A DNA stretch of 64,000 bases from Selaginella moellendorffii (GCF_000143415.4 NW_003314269.1:931246-995245), one strand, 5' to 3'; positions 23,859-37,074 are shown, counted from the first letter of the stretch. The notes: a model not told the origin generated them from the sequence alone. Numbers and translations are program-made.

Positions 23859-26800
23859 ATGAGTTCCTCGGGGAACAGTAGCGCGAAGTCCCAAGAAGAC
23901 GATGGGAAAGTCCATGAGTATTGTTTCACTGGGATTCGAATCTCCAGTTCTCGGCCAAGCCCGCCAGTGTTGAACCCGAGCTGCCTCGAGGAGGAGGTGG
24001 CGGACCACGCGTTGGATGCCTCCGGAGCTCGCCCTCCCATTCGAAACAAGCAGCTCCGAGTTTTTCTTCCTCGAACTCCAAGCTCCCCGTCTCCGAGTCC
24101 GTTCTGTGGTCCCTGGCACCGTTCCAGTGACAGCAGCAGCTCCTCTAAATCTTCTACTCCTTCGCCAGCAAGCACTAAGTCTTCTCCAGCGACACCTCCG
24201 GGAAGTGGAATCGAGCAGGCTTTCAACGATCCAAAAGCTGTCATGGTACCAAACGTTTCCTTCCTTCTTTTGTCTAGGTATAACTTGGTTTTGAGCAGCC
24301 AGGACCGTTATCTGGTTCGCCAACACAAGAGATGGAATCCCCGCGGCTTACAAGAAGACATAGTTTTCCTCCGAAAGCCAGCGTGATGCAAGAGGACTCC
24401 AAACTAAACGCGGCAAACAAGTCTCATAAAGAAATTGTGATCCCAGACATAGAACGGCCGTTTGAAGGTAGCACTCTCTAGTTTGAAAGCTTTGAGGCAA
24501 TGTGTTTCTTCTTTGCACAGAAGTTCCTTCATCTTTGGAAGAAGCTGTTACGTCCCAGCAGCCCGATATGGTTGCTTACTACCTCCGGCAGGGAGCCAGT
24601 CCAGACGATAGTGCGAATTCAAAGGTGAGATATTCGCTGCAAGGTTGAATATTAATTCTTTAAGAATATCTGATCGCTGCTGATGGTTACAAGGCCAGCT
24701 TTTCCTTCACAGGTTAGTCCCTTGATCCTTGCTGCCGCAATTGGGAACGAGAAAATTGTGCGAATGCTCCTGGCAGCTGGTGCCGACATAAACTACGAAG
24801 ATAGAAGCAAAGGGACCGCTCTCCACCACGCTGCAGCAGGAGGCCACCGGTAACATTTATTTCTTACCTTTTGCGTGCTTGCAAGTTTCATGAACTTTTC
24901 TCGGGCAGGGGCGTTATCAAGCTTTTACTTGTTGCTGGTGCCAACATGTTCCATAAGACTGACGATGGCCAACTTGCGGTGCAGCTTACGCATGACAGTC
25001 GGATTCGCCATCTTCTCACTTGCCGGATGCGCTCCAGCAGCGAGTCGAATATCGCCCAGAAGTTTGGCAGTCTGGAAACTCAGTTCGACAGTCCCACGCC
25101 TGATAGCGCAACCCAGTGCCGGAGCCCGACGACTAGATGTTCGAAGGTGGTGATCCAAAATCCAGTTTCAGTTCCGCCACTACCTTGCAGCGAGAATGGA
25201 TTTGTCGAGACGACAATGCAGAAAGTTTCGCCTCGGAGCGAGAGCCCGAAGAACATACAGCGAGTGATGGAACAGAGGAAGGAGAGGCTGAGAAAAGGTG
25301 TCCAAGACAGGGAAAACCTCAAAGAGGAGCGGGAGTCAGGACTGAGAACGGAGTGCTCGTCGCGGAGCAATGACAGTGAAACTGGTGTGAGATCCAGGAG
25401 GAGATCCGTGCAGTTTCTTGATGAAACAGCGGTGCCTGAGAAAGCTAAAGTTCAGTGCCAAAGGTGCGGGAAGGATAACTGCAGTGGACAGTGCCAGGAA
25501 CAGCCACAACAACAAGCAGCAGCTGCAGGAGCAGCGGTACCGGAGACGAGCCCGTCGTCGAGCCAAGGTGTTGCGGAGAAGCTGTTCCCGCAACCGGAAG
25601 CTAAGACAACGGGCAAATTCAAATGGACTAAAGGAGAACTTCTTGGTGAGGGTGCATATGGAAAAGTAAGGTGGAATTCATGTTTTCTTGCTAAGATCCG
25701 AGGTTTGTTGAGACGTGTTGCTAAGGAGCTCTGAATTTTCTCAGGTCTTCTCCGGGCTCAACCAGTCTACGGGTGAGCTGATGGCTGTCAAGCAGCTGAA
25801 GATTGATCCTGGCGAAGGACAAGAAAAGTCTTTCTATCTCGCAGCTCTGGAGCGAGAGATCAATCTTTACAGGAAGTTGAGGCACAAGCACATTGTTGGC
25901 TACATCAATATGGAGCAAGACGAGCAAAGTGGAAGCTTATACATATTCCTCGAGTACGTTTCAGGCGGATCAATCCAAAGGCAAGCTGCGTATTTTAACT
26001 TCTCATATCACCTCTTGCTTTTGAACAGCATGCTGGAGAGATTCGGTCGGTTCAGTGAGCCTCTCGTCCGAGTTTACACCCGGCAGCTGCTGCTCGGCCT
26101 CCAGTACCTCCACGAGAACAGGATTGTCCACCGCGACATCAAAGGAGGGAACGTTCTCGTGGACGCTATTGGCGTGGTTAAGTTGGCCGACTTTGGAGCT
26201 TCCAAGGTATGTAATATTGGCTTTCTTCTTCGTCCCTCGGAAGTTAACTTGTCAGTTTTGTCCACAGGCTTTCCATGATCCTACCGTGACGAACGAATGC
26301 AAGTCGATACGGGGCTCGGTTTTCTGGATGGCACCCGAGGTTATCAAGGGCGACGGCTACGGACGCCGTGCTGATATATGGAGCGTCGGCTGCACAGTCA
26401 TTGAAATGCTCACAGCCATGTAAGTGTCGAGAGTAAGTTCCTTGGTTTTTTAGCTCTTCCATAGTTCTTCAAGTTTCGTGCGATCGGTTTCTCTCTTTCC
26501 TTTTCGTCGCTCTCGCACAGCTTCCAAGTTCTTCTAGTTCTTCAAGTATCTAGCAAGCGTCTTTGTGTCCTTCTGGCAAAACTAAAGTTTGGAAATCTTC
26601 TCAGGCACCCTTGGCCGGACATTGACAACACTTGGAGCGCAATCTTCCACATTGCAAAGGCGAGCAGTGGGCCGCCAATCCCCGAGCACGGCTCGGGCTG
26701 TGTCAAGGACTTCCTCCAGCAGTGTTTCCAAATGGACCCGAGATTGAGACCAACAGCAACTCAGGTTTTCTATCCTTGTTTGGTGTTCTTCTTCTACCTG

Positions 26801-26874
26801 GTTTTGATCTTCTCTTCTCGCAGCTCCTAGAGCACCGATTTGTAGCAGGCGATCCGGACGAGGATCCCAGGTAG
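23859..26874 (+). CDS. MEKK-type MAP kinase kinase kinase with N-terminal ankyrin repeats; multi-exon, exact ends uncertain
   Basis: Ankyrin exons [26 protein letters not shown] and [25 protein letters not shown]. Kinase motifs [47 protein letters not shown] and [13 protein letters not shown]. Confidence 0.9.
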
Positions 26875-27262
26875 TTTGCTCGACGTTTTCTCCAAATAAG
26901 AGGACAAAGTTTGTGCATGTTAATTTTTGCCGCCATCTAAGACGAGGCCCATTGGCAAACGGACGGTCGGATCAGCGGGATCCAACGGCTGGAATTTGAG
27001 ATGTACAGCTTCGTCGTACTTTATGCCGAGTGACATGAATAGGGCCTTCCAGTGCTCTAGGGTTTTGATTGATTGATCGATCGCGCGGTGGGAGCGTGGA
27101 GCGGCGAGGATTCCGTCCGCGGCGGCCAGGTATTTCGAGCAGGAATCCCGCAATCTCGGTCCAGATCTAGGAGGAGCTAGGAAAGGGAATCGATCGCAAC
27201 CGATCGAGAAGAACCGATCGATCATCCAGAGGAGGAGGAAGGAGGAGGAGGAGGAGGGCATA

Positions 27263-27928
27263 ATGTCTTCGGCGGTGAGGCCCGGCGCTGGCGCCGACCA
27301 CGACTACCGCATCAAGCTGCTGCTCATCGGCGACAGCGGCGTGGGCAAGAGCTGCGTGCTGCTGCGCTTCTCGGACGACTCCTTCACCACCAGCTTCATC
27401 ACGACCATCGGCATCGACTTTAAGATCCGGACCATCGAGCTGGACGGGCGGCGCGTCAAGCTCCAGGTGTGGGACACGGCCGGGCAGGAGCGCTTCCGGA
27501 CCATCACCACCGCCTACTACCGCGGCGCCATGGGGATCATCCTCGTCTACGACGTGACGGACGAGTCCTCGTTCAACAACATCCGCAACTGGGTGAAGAA
27601 CATCGAGCAGAACGCGAGCGAGAATGTGAGCCGGGTGCTGGTGGGCAACAAGGCGGACATGGACGAGAGCAAGAGGGCGGTCACCACCGCGCAGGGCCAG
27701 GCGCTGGCCAACGAGTATGGGATCCGGTTCTTCGAGACGAGCGCCAAGACCGGGCAGAATGTAGAGGAGACGTTCTTCGCCATCGCCAGGGATATCAAGC
27801 GCAGGCTCGAGGAGAGCGAGGCTGCGCGGCCCGAGGTGGCGAGCAGTAACATACAGATCACGCGGCCGGATCCGGGGACCGGGCCGGGGGCCGGGGCGGC
27901 GGGGCAAAGATCGGCCTGCTGCTCTTAG
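27263..27928 (+). CDS. RABE1: Rab GTPase of the RabE/Rab8 clade, intronless
   Basis: [49 protein letters not shown] and a C-terminal CCS prenylation motif. Confidence 0.95.
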   Translation: MSSAVRPGAGADHDYRIKLLLIGDSGVGKSCVLLRFSDDSFTTSFITTIGIDFKIRTIELDGRRVKLQVWDTAGQERFRTITTAYYRGAMGIILVYDVTDESSFNNIRNWVKNIEQNASENVSRVLVGNKADMDESKRAVTTAQGQALANEYGIRFFETSAKTGQNVEETFFAIARDIKRRLEESEAARPEVASSNIQITRPDPGTGPGAGAAGQRSACCS

Positions 27929-28879
27929 CTGATCTTTGCTTCCACCATCGCTCGCTCCATCGCCATCGCCGTCGCCAGGGAAAAGCACGATCTTTGGAGG
28001 ATGGATTCCAAGTGCTTCATCCTCGCTACTTATTCGAGGTACTTCTTAGTACCTCAAACTTCTCTTCTTCTCTTTCCTCTCTTTTTTTTTTTTTCCTTGT
28101 TTCTTCCTCTCTTTGATATGCTATCACGATTTTTTTGGTGTTTGTTTCTAGTTTTCTTCGATTTTTTCGCTGGTTGATTTGCTGTAAAGAGTGCGTTGAC
28201 TTGTCTCGTTGCAATCCATCGAAACGATTTGCTCGAAGCGTCAAAATCTCTTTTTTCGTTTCCCATGATGCGACGATAAGCTTCTTCGAGCTTTTCAGTG
28301 CGCGTGTGTTCTTCCAGACTTGACTGTTTCAAGTTTTTGACAAATCGAGAGAGCTTTTGCGCTGTCATGCTCTGCTCACCGATCATTGGCACTTGATTCT
28401 GTCAAGCAAGAAAGCTCGTCTTTTCTGTGCGATCGCATTCCCTCTTTCTTCGTGGATTTCTTTCTTTTTTCTTCCGCGTTCTCTTACAGTGCAACACATT
28501 CGCGAGCGCTCCCTTGACATTCGCGAGTGCGATCATTCGGAGTGACGATGACAAGTATTTCTTTTCGATGGGCGCGAATCTCGCCATTCGGTAATGCGAA
28601 CTCGATACCAAACCTCGAGAGAGCTCCTGTAGCAATGGCTGCTTTTATCGTGTCAATCTCCTATACGACTTTACAAGCCAGTTATCACAATCCAAAGAAA
28701 TTCTAAACCGATGAGAATCAAATCGCTCATCAAAGAAGAACTTGAAAGCCAAGAAGAAAATAAATTTAAAAAAGCAAAAATGGAGTGCGGTCGTGCAAAT
28801 CACTCATAGAGATCCCCCCTCGCGTTGATCATTCATGAATCTAATGGCCCAAAAAGACACAAACGCAGCCGTCAGATCT

Positions 28880-28972
28880 TGTGCCACGTGGACGGCTCGA
28901 GCCCGACGGCGCCACGTCACGGCATCGTCACCCCCAACGGTCAACTGAAGAATATCCCGCCAGGGTTTAGGG
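28880..28972. promoter_or_regulatory. G-box/ABRE-like cluster and telo-box upstream of lipoxygenase 1
   Basis: GCCACGTGG, GCCACGTCA and AGGGTTTAGGGTT are visible. Confidence 0.35.
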
Positions 28973-29757
28973 TTCGTCGCTTTTTTGTAGCCCCGCCCGC
29001 CCAGGCGCCGCTCGGGGCCCGGACGGCGCCCCGGATGGATCAACCACCGGCGCGCGTTTTCCAGGCGCTAGATCTATCCTAGGATCGCACGCAACTGGAG
29101 CTCCGCGTCTCTGGTAAGACTTTTTAGAGCTACAGCGGCTTGATGTCTTAGTCTCTAGCGTCAAACAACAGGCTGGCTATGGATTCCTTCGATAGTCCAA
29201 GCGTGGTTTGTCACTTGTGCCGCATCGTGCACGGTCGAATTTCGGTGTCCAGTCGGGCCCATCCGCCCCCCTCCGTGGCAATTTGCTTTCCTTCTTCTTT
29301 CTTCTTTCGGCTCTTCTCTTTTTCCATCTCTCTAACCACAAGGAAGTGTCCGGCGGTTTGGGAACCTGACGGTTTGTTTGTGAGCCGGCGGAGTGGAGTC
29401 GGTCAAAGGTGTCGAGTGGCAGAAAGAAATCTCTGCCGGAATGTAAGATGTCATTGATTGTGTCGTCCATTGCAACAGTGGTCATTTGCAGCAGTGGAGA
29501 TGAGCTCCTCTGCTGCGCGGTGAAAGGTCCTAAAAGGATTCTCATGTCATGTCACTCTCAAGTCGGGCTTATAAATAGCTTGTTGCTTCTGGCTGTGGTA
29601 TCTCGCCGCAGTGAAAGCAGCAGTGGTCTCCTGCTCGCGTTGCGGTGAAAGTCGTCGGTGTTAGCGCCTTGACATTCTCGAGTGCTGCTCGGCAAAGATT
29701 GCATCTCCGAGTGCTCAGCAAAGTTGTAGCGATTCTTCTCTTGCTTCTTGTAGAGCC

Positions 29758-32700
29758 ATGGCCGCGGCGTTTCAGATGTCTTCTGCTGTTGTCTACGGGG
29801 GGAGGAGATTTTCTCCTCGGATGGCTCCGGCAGCAAGAAGTGTCATGACGCGGTCGCAACTTAGCTACTTCTCGGGTGTTGGACACAGAAGGAGCTCACC
29901 TGTGACGCAGGATGGCCATTTTGTGAAGCTCTTCGCCGAGGCCTTCAAGGCGCTCAGCTCCGCCAGCACTGTTGAGCTGCGAGGCTATGCAACTTTCCAA
30001 AAACAAGAGCAAGAGGGCATTCAAGCGATCACGCTACAGCTGATTAGCACCAAGGCAGACTCTGGTCAGTATGAGCTCGAATATCTCTCTCCTTTCACTT
30101 CTGACCTCCATGTTTTATGTTTTCCAGCCACACGACTTGAAGTTTTAAGCGACATTGCAACTGTGGACTGGCACTTGCATGATTCTTCGCCTTCTGCGAG
30201 TGATATCAAGTGTCCTGTCAAGTTTCTCGTTCGAAAGGATTTTGGTGAACCTGGAGCAATTCTTGTGAACAGCGGCTATGGCACGCCAATGTTGCTGAAG
30301 TCACTAGTCCTGGAGATGCCAAATAAAACAACCATTGGTTTCTTGTGCGACACTTGGATTTCAAACGGGCAGCAGCGTGTTTTCTTTGCAAACAAGGTAG
30401 CAAAGAAACTATTTCCTGTTGATGGGAAACTTTTCTCACTCGAAACGTTGCAATGCGCAGGCTTATCTTCCACTGGACACACCTTCCGGGTTGGTGAAGC
30501 TTCGGACGCGCGAGCTAGCAAGCATCCGAGGCAATGGGAGTGGAGTTCGTGTCAATGGCGAACGCATCTACGACTACGACGTCTACAATGATCTCGGAAA
30601 TCCTGACTACAATCCAGACTTGCTGAGACCAGTTTTGGGAGGATCCAGCACTTATCCATATCCTCGAAGGTGTCGAACAGGTCGCATGCCATCCAACACA
30701 GGTACTTGTAAATCCGCATTGATGTGTCTCTCTCTACATATGTGCTTCTACTGCAGACAACACTTTTGAGAGCTCGGCTTCTAGCGAGAAAGAATTGTAT
30801 CTCCCAGCTGGTGAGGCGCCTGCTTTCTCTACGCAGTGTGGTGCAGCAGATAATGCTGTTCAGTCTCTTTACCAGCTCATTCCTGAAATTCACAAGGCTT
30901 ATGCCTCGAGGCCTTTCTTCGACAACTTCGGCGAGCTTAGAAGCCTCTTCACCGAAGGCTTCAATCTAAAGCCGGAGGAAAGTAGCACAACAGACAACAA
31001 CTGCTGTTTGAAGTTCCCTTTGCCGCAAGTTCTTGGAGGTATAGCTTGAAGGGAGTTTAAACTTGTATATGTCAGCTAACGGGCGTTTCTCGCAGCTCAT
31101 CCCGACGCCTGGATGCTCGACTCCGAGTTCGCAAGACAGACAATTGCAGGATTGAATCCTATTACCATCGAATGCCTGAAGGTACTACAATGTGGCAATG
31201 TTATCGAATTTCTTTCAAGGACTGGAGGTTTAATGTAATGTCCGATCGCCGCAGGTGTTTCCTCCTCCTCGACTCGATCCATCGGAAACATCTTCTCTAA
31301 ACGCAGCTCACATCGAAAGCCAGTTGGGAAGCTTGAGCGTCAGCGAGGTAGCAAGCTTGATACTCGTGGTGAAACCATTGGATGCTGAAGGTTTTAGTCT
31401 TTTCGTCTGTGGCAGGCTTTGGAAGCGAGTAGATTGTTTGTCCTGGACTACCATGACGCTTTCATGCCTTACTTGGAGAAGATCAACGCGCAAGAGGGAG
31501 TCCAGTCCTATGCCTCTCGGACAATATTCTTCTTGACAGATGCTGGAACTCTGACTCCGGTGGCGATTGAACTAAGCCTCCCATCGCCCGGGGAGGCTCA
31601 CTGCATCAACAGAGTGTTCGTTCCCGGGGAAACTTCCGGCGAGAGAGATTGGTTGTGGGAGCTCGCCAAGGTCCACGCATCAACAAACGATGCAGCATAT
31701 CACCAGGCCATCAGTCACTGGTACGAAGCAAAGTTCGAGGCTTTCGATCAAAAACGTTTAATCACTCCTCTTTTCTTTCCAAAGGTTGAGAACACACGCA
31801 GTGCTTGAGCCTTTCATCATCGCTACGCACAGGCAGCTGAGCGACCTCCACCCAGTGAAAGGCCTGCTTCTACCACACCTCAAGAGCACCATCTCCATCA
31901 ACTCAGAAGCTCGGAGGCTGCTTATCTGCGCTGGTGGAATCATCGAGAGAGCGTTCTTCACCGGGAAGTACACGCTGGAGATCAGCTCCCTCTTCTACAA
32001 GAGCTCGTGGAGATTCGACGAGCAAGGCCTGCCAGCTGATCTGCTCAAACGGTAAGGAATCAGCTAAAGAGAAAAGAAATCCTTTTAACAAGCTTCATTT
32101 TTTCTTTGCAGAGGAATGGCTGTCAGGGATCCCACAGCAAAGCACGGCCTCAAGCTCCGCATTGAAGACTACCCATATGCGGTGGATGGCCTGGAGATCT
32201 GGTCGTCGATCCAAACCTGGGTGGACGACTACGTCAATATCTTCTACATGTACGACGTTTCAGTCTGTGCGGACACGGAGCTCCAGAACTGGTGGAGGGA
32301 GATCACCGAGATAGGCCACGCTGACAAGAAAGAAGGCTGGCAAGATCTGAGCACCAAATCCGCGTTGAAAGAGGTTCTCACGACTGTCATCTGGCTAGCC
32401 TCGGCCCACCACGCGGCCGTGAACTTCGGCCAGTTTGCTTACGCCGGTTTCACTCCAAACCGCCCCACCATCACGCACCGGTTCATCCCCGAGGCCGGGA
32501 GTGAGGAGCACCAGGAGCTGCTCCAGGACCCGGAGAAGTTCTTCTGCTCGACGCTGGCCAACCGGCTTGAGACTATAACTCTGCTGTGCGCGATCGAGCT
32601 GCTGTCGAGCCACCTGCCCGGGCAGGAGTTCCTGGGGGAGCAGCCGAGCTCCAAATGGACGTCGGACCAACGCGTGATGGCTGCCTTCGAGAGCTTCTCG

Positions 32701-32859
32701 CAGAGACTGGAGGCCGTCGAGGACGATATCGAGTTGAGGAACGAAGAGCCGAGCCTGGAGAACAGGAGAGGACCGGCGGAGGTGCCCTTCACTCTGCTGT
32801 GCCCATCGTCGGGGCTCGGGCTGACTGGTAGAGGAGTTCCGAATAGCGTATCAATCTGA
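29758..32859 (+). CDS. LOX: Lipoxygenase 1 (13-LOX-like, probable plastid transit peptide), multi-exon
   Basis: PLAT domain (DFGEPGAI), [48 protein letters not shown] and C-terminal GVPNSVSI. The N-terminus is rich in Ser, Arg and Ala. Confidence 0.95.
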
Positions 32860-33068
32860 TAGGATGACCGGCTCGAGAGAGTAAAAGTTTTGGCGAAGAG
32901 AGCTAATTTGTAGTTCGCGAGCGTTGGAGAATCGCTTTCTCGTGTCTTGTATATAACATCCTTCGTAAAGTTCCATAAATGTTATATAATATAACTGACG
33001 ACGTTTCTTGATAGAAGAGTTCCATCACTGTATAAAGCTGCCGGCCGGCTTTCTTTTGTTTTTCTAAA

Positions 33069-36040
33069 ATGGAGTTCGTCGTGAGAGGCCGCATAGTCGT
33101 TCAGAAGAAGCACATACTCGAGCTCGGCAATGTGGCTGCCGATGTTGCGGATGATATCGGGGACCTGCTTGGCAACAAGGTGACTCTGCAACTTGTGAGC
33201 ACCGAGCTCGATCCAGGTAATAGGCTCAATCTTGCATTTTCAATTCTCAACTTTGTTTATATAATGCAGAAACCGGGGACTGCAAACAGAGCCCGGAAGT
33301 GGCAGTGAGTGACTGGTTTCTATCCAAGGATGGTTTCGTACCTGACGACGTCCAATACGAGATTATATTCCAGCTCCACACGTCGTTCGGCATCCCTGGA
33401 GCCTTCGCGATTAGAAATCACCACAAGCACGAGTTTTATCTCAAGTACGTAAAGCTCGAGCTACCTGATGCCACCGCCCTTCACTTTCCATGCAACTCCT
33501 GGGTATTTAACGCCTCCAAATATAAGAATGATCGTGTGTTCTTTAGCAATGAGGTACAGCTGTTTCGTTAGCTGGAACATAAAGATCCATCCTGTAAGTT
33601 GATCAACTTGTAACTTGCGTATAGGTGTACCTTCCTAGCGATACCCCACCAGGATTGACTGAGCTCCGAGAGCGTGAGCTGCGAGACCTGCGAGGAGATG
33701 GAACAGGCGAACGACATGAGTCGGATAGAATATATGACTATGATCTGTATAACGACCTCGGAAATCCTGAAAAAGGCCCGGATATGATTCGCCCCGTTCT
33801 TGGTGGATCCAGAGAGCATCCATATCCACGTCGCTGTCGGACAGGCAGGAGTCCTGCAATATCAGGTGAGTCAGCTCTATCAAGTGTCGCTTCTTTACCA
33901 TAATGGCTTGCAGATCCTTCTGCCGAGAGTATGCCAGCTCAAAGAAAAGATTTCTATGTTCCAAGCGATGACAGGCCCAGCAGGCGGAAACAGTGTGCTT
34001 TGTTCGAAGAGAAACTCAAGGCAGCTGCACATAGCCTGCTCCCGGTGTTAAAGTCTGTTTTCGGAAGGAGTTTTAAATCATTCGAAGAAGTTATGCAACT
34101 TTACCACCAAAACATGAGCGTGGAAGCATCCACGACAGCGGATGACGAGGAGAAACACAGTCCACACACCGTCCTTGTCCAGAATGACTTTAAGGACTGC
34201 AAGAACACAAGCTGGCTGAGATATCCAATCCCGCAAATCGTTGCGAGTAAGCAATTTTTCTACCTCCAAAGGACCTTCACATTTAATTGTGCGTTTCAGC
34301 TGATGAGTGGGCCTGGTCATCCGACTTGGAATTTGCTCGCCAGACTATCGCGGGGGTTCATGCGCTGAAAATTACGTGCATGAAGGTACGATGAATCAGT
34401 TGAGAGAAAAGAAAACAAAAAGAATTCTGGTGATGCAGGCATTTATACCTGAAAGCAGACTTGATCCATCGAGATACGGGGCACCATCCTCTCTAAAACC
34501 GGAGCACATTGAAGAGCAGCTCGAGGGATTGTCAGTTCAAGCGGTACAGTGATCCCGTTCGTTATGTCCTGTGCAAAAATTTTCAATCTTTTGTCTCAGG
34601 CTCTCCGAGGAAGAAAACTCCTCAGCGTCGACTACTACGACACCTTCATGCCATTTTTGAGTAGGATCAATGCGCAAGAAGGGATCCAGTCGTACGCGTC
34701 TCGTTCCATCTTCTTTTTAACTAAGCAGGGCTTCCTTAAACCAGTTGCCATAGAGCTAAGCTTGCCACCACAAACTCCGGACACAAGTAGTCACAGGGTG
34801 TTTGTGCCACCCTTGTCTGCCGAGAAAAAAGACTGGTTATGGGATCTTGCTAAAGCACACGCAGCTTGCAACGATGCAACGTACCATCAAGTCGTAAGCC
34901 ACTGGTAAATGGTCACTGTTGAGACGCTCTGAGTAACTTTTTCCAAATCTCCGGCATCTGCAGGACATATACACACGCGGTGTTAGAACCTTTCATACTG
35001 GCGGCTCGTCGACATCTGAGCACCATGCACCCTCTGCATCTCTTGCTGGATCCACATTTCAAGGACACGCTGGCGATGAATGCATTGGCAAGAAAGACGC
35101 TTACGAGCGCGGGTGGTGTCATTGAAAAGAGCTTCTCGCCAGGAAAGTACTCGTTTGAGATGTCTTCGGCCGCATACGACTCCTGGAGTTTTGACGATCA
35201 AAGCCTGCCAGCTGATTTGATCAAGAGGTACTACTGAAAAGAGAGTAAGGAAGAAGAACAGTAGAACTTACGTTGCCTTGCAGGGGCATGGCTGTGCCGG
35301 ACGAGAAAGAAAAGCACGGACTTAAGCTGACCATCGAGGACTATCCGTATGCTATCGACGGACTGGAGATTTGGAGCGCTATAAGACGCTGGGTGCACGA
35401 GTTTATAAACATTTTCTACAAGAGCGATGCAGCTCTCCAGGCAGATAACGAGCTCCAGAAATGGTGGAGCGAGGTGAGAAGCACCGGGCATGGAGACAAG
35501 AGCCACGAGAAATGGATCTCTGGCGTAGACTCTAAGGCCAACTTGGAAAACCTCCTCACAACTTTGATCTGGACAGCCTCGGGTCGCCATGCAGCAGTAA
35601 ACTATGGACAGTACGCTTACCAAGGATTTCTCCCAAATCACCCCTCCAAGACACACAGGCTCATACCGCAAGAAGGGACCAAAGAACACGCAGAGATGCG
35701 AGAAAACCCCGAGAGATTTTTTCTCAGTGTGATCCCGACCAAGGCCGAGACTGCCATGCTCCTCACAACACTGGAAGTTCTCTCGACACATCCAGAGGAG
35801 GAGGAATACCTGGGACAGCGCCCAGGCGACGAGCACTGGACGAGCAACCCCGAAATCCTGGCGGCATTCCACGCATTCTCGCGCAGCATCGCGGAGATTG
35901 AGAGCGGGATTGAGCAACGCAACAGCGATCCACAGCTCAAGAACAGGAGAGGACCAGCGAATGTACCTTACACGCTCCTGTGCCCGCGATCCGGCGCCGG
36001 CATCACGGGGAGAGGGATCCCAAACAGCATCACGATCTAG
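33069..36040 (+). CDS. LOX: Lipoxygenase 2 (no transit peptide), multi-exon
   Basis: [53 protein letters not shown] and C-terminal GIPNSITI. Confidence 0.95.
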
Positions 36041-36135
36041 CAGCATTCACCGAAATAAAACGAAGCTCCCGCCCAAACAAAAGAAAGATACCTCGACATT
36101 TAGGGTTCTTCCAAGATTAGGGTTCTTAGCATACC

Positions 36136-37074
36136 ATGGCGTCGAGCAGCGGCGCGGGGACGATGTCGTCCAGCAGCGGCCTCACCTTCAAGCTCCACCC
36201 GCTCGTCATCGTCAACATCTCCGATCACTACACGCGACTGATGGCGCAGGCGGCGGCCACTGGAAGCGCAGGTATTCCCCCTCCCCTGCGCGTCTTTGGC
36301 TGCGTAATCGGCGTCCAGGCCGGGCGCAACGTAGAGATCTTCAACAGCTTCGAGCTCAAGCACGACGCCGCCACGGATTCCCTGGATCGCCCCTTCCTGG
36401 AGACCAAGCAGGAGCAGTACAAGAAGGTCTTCCCCAAGTACGACGTCCTGGGCTGGTACTCCATCGGCGCGGACATCCGCGAGTCGGACATGGTGATCCA
36501 CAAGGCGCTCATGGACATCAACGAGAGCCCCGTCTACCTCCTCCTCAACCCGGCGATCAACCCCGCGCGCAAGGAGCTCCCGCTGTCCATCTACGAGAGC
36601 GAGCTCCATGTCATCGACGGGGTGCCGTCGCTCATCTTCGTCAAGGCGAGCTACACGATCGAGACGGTGGAGGCGGAGAGGATCTCGGTGGATCACGTCG
36701 CCCATATCAAGCCATCGGACGGGAGCTCCGCCGCGACGCAGCTGGCGGCGCACCTCACCGGGATGCACAGCGCGATCAAGATGCTCCACAGCCGGATCAA
36801 AGTCCTCCACCATCTCCTGGCCGCGATCCAGAAGGGGGATGCGCCGCCCGAGCATGCGCTCCTCCGGCAGGTGTCGAGCCTCGTCCGCCGCCTGCCCGCC
36901 ATCGACTCGCCCAAGTTCCAGGACGATTTCCTGATGGAGTACAACGACACGCTGCTCATGACGTACCTGGCCACCATCACCAAGTGCTCCAACACCATGA
37001 ACGAGTTTGTGGAGAAGTTTACCACCGCCTATGACAAGCAAAGCCGGAGAGGAGGGCGCACCGTCTTTGTCTAG
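36136..37074 (+). CDS. CSN6: COP9 signalosome subunit 6, intronless
   Basis: LHPLVIVNISDH, VEIFNSFEL, EQYKKVFP, LGWYS, ETVEAERISVDHVA and HSAIKML. Confidence 0.97.
   Translation: MASSSGAGTMSSSSGLTFKLHPLVIVNISDHYTRLMAQAAATGSAGIPPPLRVFGCVIGVQAGRNVEIFNSFELKHDAATDSLDRPFLETKQEQYKKVFPKYDVLGWYSIGADIRESDMVIHKALMDINESPVYLLLNPAINPARKELPLSIYESELHVIDGVPSLIFVKASYTIETVEAERISVDHVAHIKPSDGSSAATQLAAHLTGMHSAIKMLHSRIKVLHHLLAAIQKGDAPPEHALLRQVSSLVRRLPAIDSPKFQDDFLMEYNDTLLMTYLATITKCSNTMNEFVEKFTTAYDKQSRRGGRTVFV

Noticed and set aside
29060-29560. Possible separate ncRNA or spliced leader upstream of LOX1 (donor-like GTAAG at about 29115)
   Set aside because: No snoRNA boxes or miRNA hairpin identified; it could simply be 5'UTR or intergenic DNA.
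35898-37034. 378-aa ORF bridging LOX2 and CSN6 in another frame
   Set aside because: Arg/Pro/Gly-rich off-frame translation of GC-rich coding DNA.
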